A stretch of 64,000 bases of DNA, taken from the NCBI RefSeq assembly GCF_009914755.1, contig NC_060926.1; one strand, 5' to 3'. The notes below the pieces were generated by a model that saw only the letters and a list, made by a program, of their open reading frames with translations, had not been told where the DNA came from and made no database searches. Below are positions 54,092 to 64,000 of the stretch, in pieces. The translations under genes and the position numbers were made by a program. This DNA comes from the human T2T-CHM13v2.0 reference genome, Homo sapiens. How positions within the stretch are numbered: position 1 is the stretch's first letter; the number at the start of each line of letters is the position of its first letter.

Positions 54092-56773
54092 ATGGCAAAA
54101 AGTCATATGAAAAAATGCTCAACATCAAAGTACAAACCACTGCTCAAGGACATAAGAGAGGATACAAACAAATGGAAAAACATTCCATCCTCACGGATAG
54201 GAAGAATCAGTATCGTGAAAATGGCCATACTACCCAAAGTAATTTATAGATTCAATGCTATTACCATCAAACGAACATTGACATTCTTCACAGAATTAGA
54301 AAAAACTACTTTAAAATTCATATGAAACCAAAAAAGAGCCTGTATAGCCCAGACAATCCTAAGCAAAAAGAACAAAGCTGGAGGTATCATGCTGCCTGAC
54401 TTCAAACTATACTACTATGCTACAATAACCAAAACAGTGTGGTACTAGTACAAAAACAGACATACAGACCAATGGAACAGAATAGATACCTCATAAATAA
54501 GACCACCCATTTACAACCATTTGAGCTTCAACAAACCCGACATAAACAAGCAATGGGGAAAGTGTTCCCTATTTAATAAATGGTGCTGCAAAAACTGTCT
54601 AGCCATATGCAGAAAACTGAAACTGGACCCCTTCCTTACACCTTATACAAAATTTAACTCAAGATTGATTGAAGACTTAAATGTAAAATCCAAAACCATA
54701 AAAACCCTAGAAGAAAACCTAGGCAATACCATTCAGGACATAGGCATGGGCAAAGACTTTATGATGAAATTGCCAAAAGCAATTGCAACGAAAGCTAAAA
54801 TTGACAAATGGGATCTAATTAAAGAACTTCTGCACAGCAGAAGAAACTATCATCAGAGTGAACAGGCAACCTACAGAATGGGAGAAAATTTTTGCAATCT
54901 ACCTATCTGACAAAGGTCTAATATCCAGAATTTATAAGGACCTTAAACAAATTTATAAGAAAAAACATACAACCCCATCAAAAAGTGAGAAAAGGGTATG
55001 AACAGACACTTCTCAAATGAAGACATTTATGTTGCCAACAAACGTATAAAAAAAAAGCTCAACATCACTGATCATTACAGAAATGCAAATCAAAACCACA
55101 ATGAGATACCATCTCACTCTAGTCAGAATGGCAGTTATTAAAAAGTCAAGGGAAAAAAAGATTCTGGCAAGGCTACGGAGAAATAGGAATGCTTTTACAC
55201 TGTTGGTGGGAGTGTAAATTAGTTCAGCCATTGTGGAAGACAATGTGGCAATTCCTCAAGAAACTAGAACCAGAAATACCATTTGAGCCAGCAATCCCAT
55301 TACTGAGTATAAACCCAAAGGAATATAAATCATTCTATTATAAAGATACATGCACACATATGTTTACTGCCACACTAGTCACAATAGCAAAAACATAGAA
55401 ACAACCCAAATTTCCATCAATGATAGACTGGATAAAGAAAACATGGTATATATACACCATGAAATATTATGCAGCCATAAAAAGGAATGAGATCATGTCC
55501 TTTGCAGGGATGTGGATGAAGCTGGAGGCCATCATCCTCAGCAAACTAACACAGAAACAGAAAACCAAATACCACATGTTCTCACTCACAAGTGGGAGTT
55601 GAACGATGAGAACACATTGACACATGGAGGGGAACAACACACACTGGAGTCTGTTGGGGAGTCGGGGGTGAGGGGAGGGAGAGCATCAGAACAAAAGCCC
55701 GTGCATACGGGGCTTAAAACCTAGGTGATGGGTGGATAGATGCGGCAAACCACCATGCACACACATACCTGTGTAACAAACCTGCACGTTCTGCACATGT
55801 ATCTGGAACTTAAAGTAAAAAAATAAAATTAAAAAAAGAAAAAATGTTCAGCATCATTAAGATAAGAGAAATACAAATCAAAACTGTAATGAGATATCAT
55901 CTCATGCCAGTTAACATGGCTTTTATCAAAAAGACAAGCAATAACAGATGCTGGAGAGGATATGGAGAAAGGGAGAACCTTGTATGCTGTTGGTGGGGAT
56001 GTCAATTACTACAGCCACTATGGAGAACAGTAGGGAGGTTCTTCAGAAAACTGAAAATAGAGTTACCATATGATCCAACAATTCCACTATTGAGTATATG
56101 TCCAAAAGAAAGGAAATCAATATATCAGAAAGATTATCTGCACTCCTGTGTTTATTGCCACACTTTTCACAATAGCCATCCTAAGTGCCTATCAATGGAT
56201 GAATGGATAAAGAAAATGTGATACATACACATATAGAATGAAATATTATTCAGCCACAAAAAAGAATGAAATCTTGTCATTTGCAACAACATGGATGGAA
56301 CTGGAGGTCATTATATTAAGTGAAATAAGCCAGGCATGGAAAGACAAATATCACATGTTCTCACTCATGTGTGAGACCTAATAAAGTGGATCTCATGAAG
56401 ATAAAAAGTAGATTGATGGTTACCAGAAGCCAAGAAGGGTGGCAGGGAGGGGACTTGAAGAGAAATTGATTAATGAGTATAAATATGTAGTTTGATTGAA
56501 GAAATAAGAGTTAATATTAGATAGACCAGTAGGGCAACTGTAGTTTACAATAATCTGTTGTAGATTTCAAAATAGCTAGATGAGAATAATTAAAATGTTT
56601 CTAGAATAAATAAAAAATAAAATTTGAAAGTAACATATATGTCAAATACACTGATTTGATATTTACAAATTATATGAATATATTAAATCATCACATGTAC
56701 TCTAAAATAATGTACATCTATTATACAGCAATAAAAACAAAAGAAAGCAAGAAAATAAAAAATAAATAAAATA
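54092..56773 (+). mobile_element. L1MA-type LINE 3' fragment (54092-54127 + 55857-56773), inserted in Tigger3b
   Basis: ORF2 C-terminal remnant (55844-56221, RCWRGYGERENLVCCWWGC), L1MA-type 3'UTR, AATAAA at 56730 and an A-rich tail. Confidence 0.88.
54128..55837 (+). mobile_element. L1PA (roughly PA10-13) 3' fragment nested in the L1MA
   Basis: ORF2 remnants ([19 protein letters not shown]..), primate 3'UTR GGGGCTTAAAACCTAGGTGATGGG; 19-bp TSD at 54109-54127 and 55838-55856 (two mismatches). Confidence 0.92.
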
Positions 56774-58884
56774 GATTAGTAACTCTAGATTATGAACATA
56801 TGGGAATTCCTTGTATTATTCTTGTGACTTTTCTGTAAGCTTGGCATTCTATGAAAACAAAATGTAAAAGAATAAATTAATGTTAAGAAAAAGCTGTGAA
56901 ACAATTTTCTTCATTTTAAATGAGCATTCATAAAGCATTTATTAAACTGTTTAGGGAGGTAAACAAAAAAACATAGCACATACAATTATATATAGTACAT
57001 AATAATCATCATCAACAGTTATATCACTGTTTTATGGTATTTATACTTTTTATTGTTATTTTGGAGTCAACTCCTTCTACTGATTAAAAAAAACCATCTA
57101 AATTAACTGTAAGACAGACTCAGGAATTTCCATCAGGAGGTATTCTAGAGGAAGGCACTGTTATAGGAGATAATGCTCCATGCACGTTATTGCCCCCTGA
57201 AGACCTTCCAATGGGACAAGATGTGGAGGTGGAAGACAGTGATATTGACGATCCTGACCCTGCGTAGGCCTAGGCTAATTTGTATGTTTATGTTCTAGTT
57301 TTTAACTAAGAAAATTTAAAAGTAAAAAAAAAAAAAATAAAAGATTTTAAAAGTAGAAAAAATGTATAGAAAAGGATATGAAAAAAAATTTTTGTACAGC
57401 TGTGCAAGGTGTTTGTGTTTTAAACTAAGTGCTATTACAAAAGAGTCAAAATACTAAACATTTAAGAAGTTTATAAGGTAAAAAATTTATAATAAGATTA
57501 ATTTAATTTTGAAGAAAGAAAAGCAATTTTTATGAATTTAGTGAACTTTAAGTGTATAGTATTTATAAGGTCTACAGTAGTATATGGTAATGTCTTGGGC
57601 TTTTACATTCACTCACCACTCCGTCACAGACTCACCCAGAGCAACTTCCAGTCCTGCAAGCTCTGTTCATGGTAAGTGCCACATTGAGGTGTTTAATCTT
57701 TGATACTGTATTTTTACTGTACCTTTACTATGTTTAGATACACAAATACTAATCATTGTATTACTATTTCCATACAATATTTAGTACAGTATCATGATCT
57801 ACAGGTTTGTAGCCTAGGAGCAATAGGCTATGCCACATAGCCTGGGTGTGTATCAGGCTATACCATCTAGGTGTGGGTGGGTCACTCTGATGTTCACACA
57901 AAGATGAAATTGCCAAGCAGTGCGTTTCTCAGAACTCATCCCATTGTTTAGTGATGCATGACTGTACCTGTATTGGCTAAAGAAGGCTTTCCAAATATTT
58001 CTTTTATAACAGAAGGGTGGATGGGAAAAATGGAAATTTCCAAAAATGTTGAAACACTGGGAGAGAGGCTTTTGAAATGGGATTCTGGGGATTGGGAGAA
58101 TAGAGGATAGGCAAGATGATTCCAGAGGAAGTGCTTTGGAGAAAGTTTGGGGATGGGTGTGAGGTGAAGAGAAGGGGAATCAAAGAGGTGCTTGAGATCA
58201 AGGGAAAGGTATGTGTTGAGCTGGGGAAGCTGGGTGAGCAGGGCTCTCAGAAGGAACAAGAATCCCATCTGTCCTCTAGACTGAGGCCTGGCCTCGTCTA
58301 GATATTTAACACAGGAAGCCCCTGTTTTCACAGTGATGGCTGGGGAGGGGCCAGGTCTGTTTCAACCCCTCTTCATCCTGAATTCATAAAACAAAACATA
58401 AACCTCAGAAGAAAAAAGATCAAATGAGATGAGTGAGAGGTACAGAGAACGAGGAGCAAGACCATGAACTCATAGACAATGAGCACTAATGACAAGATAG
58501 GCTTTCCTCTAGTTTTCTCTAAAATTTTGTTAGGTAGTGACAACATGAACATTTAGGACTGTAGGTTTTACTTGGATGTTTCAGTTTAGATGTGGGTTTA
58601 TCCCTCAGAGCTGAAAGTATTAATACTTCCAGACACCGAGCTGTACTGCTCTTGTAGTTTGTTTCTTGTTAATGTTTCTGAATTAGATCTGGAGTGACAC
58701 ACTAATAAAGTTCCTCTCTGGTCTCTCAAGGCTGAAGATTGATTTTTGCTTTCTTTTAGTATATTAATAAATTAGAAAGCTGCATTTACATTCTCAATTC
58801 ACTAATAATAAAATCTTATTGTGTTGTAGCAAAGTGTGCTTTTATTGATTATTATTTATTTGTACATGCTCCTATTTTATTCTT

Positions 58885-59030
58885 CCAAAAGCCTCTTGAA
58901 ATAGAATGGGCTTCATCATCCCCAATTTACAGATAGAGAAACTGAGGAGGTTTGATGTGGTTGTGTGATCTGCCCTAGGATCCTGATTAGTAAGTTCCTG
59001 AGTCAGCAAATGAACTGGCTTGTGTGAAGG
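58885..59030 (-). mobile_element. MIR fragment
   Basis: CATCCCCAATTTACAGATAGAGAAACTGAGG..TCTGCCCTAGGATC. Confidence 0.65.
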
Positions 59031-59805
59031 GAGCTACAGTGTGGTCTTTGTGCGGCACATTTTGCTGTTCAAAGTGTTTTCTGGTCTAGAGCCATGTTTG
59101 GTCCATGGGAACCCTGGGTGAGATAAGGCAAGTATTCCTAGCCATTTCCTGGATGCAGAAGCTGGGACCTTGAGAGAAGATGTCGTTTTCTCAAGTTCTC
59201 TGGGCTAGGCACAACTAAGTTCTCCCAGGACTTTTGCTTTTACATTGGGATTCCTATCCTTTATGATGATTAAACAATACTGGTGAATAATCTATTTTCC
59301 TGGAGGAAAAGAAGGGAAACAGAGGAAGAGCAAAGACTGCTGCCACTGGGAATGAGATTTTCTTACTTACTCTTTCTGAATTCTAATAGAATGGGTAGAA
59401 TGCACTGATGCTGATTCTTTAAGAACAACATTCCCACTTCCAATTAAATGGTGGGTTATTTTAATGATGATGATCTTAAACTTTGTATGCACATTTAACC
59501 CCAAACTCTTCAATTTTGTCAAAACCAGATCTTTCAATTTCAGTCATTTTCCTTTCCTCTTTTTAATGATTTTTTCTGCCTCACAGCATTGCGTGCACCA
59601 CCTTCACAATTATTCAAGAAGCGCAGCGTTCACTGAAGAAAGGGAAGATAAGATGATCCACTAGGGAGGAAGGAACTGAGTATTTTCACTTCAATCTCAT
59701 TTTTCTTATTTTTAATTTCCAGTTTTGTGTTTGCTTTATAATGGATATGACATATTAGTAAGTTAGTGTATTACATATATATAACATATATATAAAACAC
59801 ATAAG

Positions 59806-60211
59806 ATATATATATATGCGCGTATATATGTGTATATATATACGTGCGTATATGTGTATATATATACGCGCATATATATGTGTGTATATATATACGCATA
59901 TGTGTATATATATACGCGCGTATATGTGTGTATATATATACGCGCGTATATGTGTGTATATATATACGCGCGTATATGTGTGTATATATATACGCGCGTA
60001 TATGTGTGTATATATATACGCGCGTATATGTGTGTATATATATACGCGCGTATATGTGTGTATATATACGCGCGTATATGTGTGTATATATATACGCGCG
60101 TATATGTGTGTATATATACGCGCGTATATGTGTGTATATATACGCGCGTATATATGTGTGTATATATACGCGCGTATATATGTGTGTATATATACGCGCG
60201 TATATATATGT
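59806..60211. repeat. 24-26-bp-unit minisatellite (TATATATACGCGCGTATATGTGTG)n, alternating purine-pyrimidine
   Basis: Twelve CGCGCG cores between 59915 and 60200, spaced 24 or 26 bp, plus ~4 degenerate units upstream. Confidence 0.95.
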
Positions 60212-60298
60212 CACATAACCACACAGACATAATGAGGTATGTGCACAATATATTTTAATTTTGGGTGTGTATGTTCATAAAAGTTTGGATACCTCTAC

Positions 60299-61170
60299 TG
60301 TTATGAGTTGAATTGTTTTCCCTCCAAAATAATGTGTTGAAGGCTTTAACCCTCAGTATCTCAGAATGTGACCTTGTTTGGAAGTCACATTCTGATTTAA
60401 TTATTTCACATGCAGATTTGATTAGTTAAGATGAGGTCACATTGGAGTAAGGTAGGCCCTATTCCCAATATAACTGGCATACATATAAAAAAAAAATCGG
60501 TCATATGAAGACCCAGAGAAACAGGGAAAATGTCCCGTGAAGATAGAGGAAGAGGTTGGATATCTACAAGTCAAGGAGTACCATGGTGATATGGTTTGGC
60601 TCTGTGTCCCCACCCAGATATCATGTTGAATTGTAATCCCCAACGTTGGGGGAGGGACCTGGGGGGAGGTGATTGGGTCATGGGGGCAGATTACCCCCTT
60701 GCTGTTCTCATGATAGTAAGTTCTCACATGATCTGGTTGTTTAAAAGTGTGTTGCACTTCCCTCTTCACTCTCTGTCTGTCTCTCTGGCTGCCATGTGAA
60801 GATGTGCTTGCTTCCCCTTTGCCCTTCCACCATGATTGTAAGTTTCCTGAGGTCTCCTAGCCATGCTTCCTGTACAGCCTGTGGAACTGTGAGTCAATTA
60901 AACCTCTTTTCTTTATAAATTACCCAGTCTCAAGTAGTTCTTTTTAACAGTGTGAGAATGGGCTAATACACAAGGATTGCCAGCCATCTACAGAAGTGAG
61001 GACAGATGCATTGAACAGGTTGTCACTCAGAGACTTCAGAAGGAACCAACCTTGCTGCCACCTTGGTTTCAGACTTCTAGCCTCCAGAACTTTGAGACAA
61101 TCATTTTCTGTTGTTGTAAGCCACCCAACTTGTGGTACTTTGTTATCGCAGTGCTCAGAAAATAATATAC
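60299..61170 (+). mobile_element. MLT1C-like MaLR LTR split by a younger LTR
   Basis: TGTTATGAGTTGAATTG..CTCAGAATGTGACCTT..AAGATGAGGTCAC..[insert]..AAGGAACCAACC..AGCCTCCAGAAC..AAGCCACCCA. Confidence 0.85.
60587..60970 (+). mobile_element. THE1D/MSTA-type MaLR solo LTR nested in MLT1C
   Basis: TGATATGGTTTGGCTCTGTGTCCCCACCC..GGCTAATACA; 5-bp TSD CATGG/CAAGG. Confidence 0.92.
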
Positions 61171-62149
61171 CTAGTTGATGTTGACAAAAAGTCACCAGAA
61201 ATAGTTTAAGAAAACTTGACAAATTTAAACTATTTTCGAGTAGTGCAGTCTATCAAGGTGACCCTTTAGTTAGGAAACCTAAGAAGACAGAGTTGAAATC
61301 TGAGGAGGACACTAGGACTCAGGATGAGAAAATATATCAAGTGCTTTTGAAAGACATCCCATTATTAGCAGAAAACCATGAGCATCTCCACAAAAGTATT
61401 GGGATCAAGAAAGTGCCTGGGAGACTGGGAAATGCCATCAGGCTTTCAGAACAAGTTGAGTGATTGAAGAAAGACATTGGGAACTTGAAAGAGAAACCAG
61501 AGAGGCCTGGGGATAATTTTTGCTGGTTTATTATTTTCCCATTTGTTTATTTTCCACAAGTCAGATTTTGGAGCAATTAGCAAAATATCATGCAAATATT
61601 CCCAGTGTGACTACACATGAATAACTTTAATTCTGCTGAACATTTGTCTTGTTGCTACAAAATACATCTGCTATTTGCATTAACTTAATCTGTTAAGATA
61701 TTGTGAACTAAACCACAGACTTCCAGAGACATTTAGGAAGCAACTTCCCATTTTTATTGGACACTTTTGACTAGCAAAATCTGCTTTTGTGATCATGTGA
61801 CCCACCCCAGGAGCACCTCTTTTCTCAGTGCTGTTTCAGACAATATAAAAAGAAACATAATGGAGCATCACATAGGGGAAGTGTTGGTAGAGCAGGAGGA
61901 TGCTTATCAGCAACAGAAACAAGCAGTGGAATGAATAATTATAGAAAATGGGGTAACACATGGATATGCATTCTGTGTATTTGAAAGAGGGACAGAAATA
62001 GACTGAACTTTTGACATGTGCAAAGTACCATGTTACATACTTCACATACTTCATATTATGTCAATCCCATGACCATCCCATAGGGTAGACCTTAAGGAGT
62101 CAAATCATTTATCTGACATTAAACACAAAATAAAGAGCAGAGTCAGGGT

Positions 62150-62755
62150 TTCTTTCATTCAACAAATGCACCTACTATATGCCAGATACTGTTCTATTAA
62201 TTGGGTGTAAAGAAGTAAAGAAAAAAAAAAGAAGATAACAAAGAAGAAAGGCCACTGCTCTTAAGGAATTTAATTCCAGTTGTGAGATTCAGACATATAA
62301 AAGTAAGCAGACAAATACAGAAAACACTTTCAGGTAGACATGAATGTTTTTAATAAAACTGTGTGTTGTGATAATAAGTACCTGGCAGAGAGACTTCTTT
62401 ATAGACACTGTGATCATGGAAGACATCTTGAAGGAGGTAACAGTAGCTGAGACTGGACCCAGTTATGTAATGAAGAACATTCTAGGGAGTAAGAAGACCA
62501 AGTGCTATAGTTCAGGATGGAGAAAAGTAAGAGATGCAACTGGAATGTTTTCAGCAAGTGGTGATGTGACTCATTACAATTTCTTCAAGATTACCTTGGC
62601 TGCTATGTCAAGAACAGATTGTGCAGGGCAAGAAATTGAGATACTGGTCCAGAGGCAGTTGTTTTTGTCCAGGTGAGCATGGATGGTGCCTTAGACCAGG
62701 ATGGAGGCAATGAAGATGCAAGGAATGGACAGATTGTAGATGTACTTTGAAAGCA
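62150..62755 (-). mobile_element. L2 LINE fragment
   Basis: TTCATTCAACAAATGCACCTACTATATGCCAGATACTGTTCT..GTCCAGGTGAG..GGTGCCTTAGACCAGGATGG. Confidence 0.7.
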
Positions 62756-63073
62756 GGTGCTATGGTTTGAATATGTCCCCTAAATTAGAATACATCCTAG
62801 ATAAATGGCATCTGCTGGTAAATGGTAGAGGCTGGACTTTATCCCTGGAACCCTCCATCTGAGCTAGTGATCGTAGGCCAGTCATTTAAGCTCTCTGTAG
62901 AATAAGAATAACAACAGGGTCTCTTTTATAAAGTTTTTGTTATAAAGAGACAGGGTTGAAAACACAGCTCTTTTATAAAGTTATTGTTAAAAGAGACAGG
63001 ATCTCTGTTATAAAGTTGCTATAAAGTTCAATATATGTAACAAATAAGATAAGAGTGTCTGGCTCATAGAAAG

Positions 63074-63080
63074 CTATCTG

Positions 63081-63122
<42 letters not shown>
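63074..63122. repeat. (TCTA)n / GATA tetranucleotide STR
   Basis: Ten perfect TCTA units at 63081-63120, preceded by TCTG. Confidence 0.95.
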
Positions 63123-63124
<2 letters not shown>

Positions 63125-63564
63125 ATTTAAGTGGATATGTCCAGTATTTGAACATAGGGCTGAGTTATGCCCAAGCCCATGCTCATTATTTGTAAGTTGT
63201 AAGAAAAGGGTAAAGTTGATTAAAGTTTAGTGGTAGGGATACCTACTCTCTCTCTCTTTTATCAATGAGCTCTCTACTGGTTTTCTGCTTCCCAACCATG
63301 CTGTGGCCAAGGTCTGTCCAAACCCTGTTTAAACCCACTAAACCCCCAAAAGCATGGCATTTCCTGGACCTAAAGCCTACATAGTCTCCCCATTGCCCAT
63401 AACATATAAAACCCATGGCCTTAATTTGGACTTAATGAATGACCTCAATAGTCTGACCCTAAATGCCATTTTTGGTCCTTTCTCCTCATGTTACTTTCCT
63501 GTGCCCAAATTAGTTTTCTCATTATAAGATGAATGCGATATCCACTTTCCAATTCCGTATAGTC

Positions 63565-63895
63565 ATTCATTAATTTATTTATTTTACAGATGTCTTTTAT
63601 GCACTAGCATTGTGCTAAGAGCAGGGGCAATTGAGATTCATCTATATATTGGTTCTGCCCTTGAAATGTTCTTGATCGAGTGACAAAGGCATATGTAAAG
63701 CACACTTAGTAATACTACACAGTGTAACAAGTATACAGTACATACAAGGTGACAGACACCCACAGGAAGGAGTCGCAGGGAGATGAAGACAACAGAGCAC
63801 CCACTTGCAAGGTGAAGGCAGGAGTTAGGAGGAAGAAAAGAGGAAGAGTGTTCTAGCAGAGGAATCTGCCTGCACAATGGCAGGGAGGCATGATG
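63565..63895 (-). mobile_element. L2 fragment
   Basis: TCATTCATTAATTTATT..GCATTGTGCTAAG..AGAGTGTTCTAGCAGAGGAA. Confidence 0.55.
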
Positions 63896-64000
63896 CTTAC
63901 GTCATATTTTATGGTTTCACTCTCCTTTTCTCATACTAATTTTTTATCTAGTTCTGTGACCCCTTCACTTTCAAGGCCACCACTCCAGTTACACTGCAAC

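Larger units (their letters stand above)
53885..57964 (+). mobile_element. Tigger3b DNA transposon (53885-54091 + ~56972-57964) split by nested L1s
   Basis: TA|CAGTCATGCA..TGCATGACTG|TA TIRs; the halves rejoin at AAAAGTATAG|CACATACAATT. Confidence 0.9.

Noticed and set aside
54092-56221. Series of L1 ORF2-like ORFs as a functional gene
   Set aside because: They are frameshifted, 5'-truncated remnants of two different nested L1s.
59589-59595. AhR XRE core TTGCGTG
   Set aside because: It is a single 7-mer, expected by chance.
59763-60258. Five overlapping 124-161 aa ORFs (YTHIYARI.., CVYIYARI..), and a regularly spaced repeat that superficially resembles an array
   Set aside because: Alternating R/Y sequence cannot contain stop codons, so the ORFs are artefacts. 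The units have no unique spacers.

Overview
This is AT-rich, CpG-depleted primate nuclear DNA. An AluY and an L1PA2-type LINE point to a hominoid source, most likely human. The window looks intergenic or deep-intronic and is dominated by interspersed repeats: MIR, L2, L1M/L1PA, Alu, MaLR/ERVL solo LTRs, Tigger/hAT/Tc2 DNA transposons and simple repeats. I cannot support any intact protein-coding gene. The only gene-like signal is a possible 3'-terminal coding exon at 156-250, and I could not identify the gene. The long ORFs in the track come from L1 ORF2, Tigger1 transposase, Alu or microsatellites. I found no CRISPR array, RNA gene or convincing new biological system. The best observations are structural. 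(1) A ~140-bp unique-sequence inverted duplication (24418-24881 vs 26084-26237) predates an Alu and abuts an 18-bp fold-back hairpin. (2) A three-layer nest Tigger3b>L1MA>L1PA appears to carry an ancient L1 3' transduction. (3) A twin-primed L1PA2 lacks ~2.3 kb at its inversion point. (4) There are several local templated-insertion scars. (5) A 406-bp tract of perfectly alternating purine/pyrimidine is CpG-rich. Repeat family names come from my memory of consensus sequences, and boundaries of old repeats are approximate (tens of bp).
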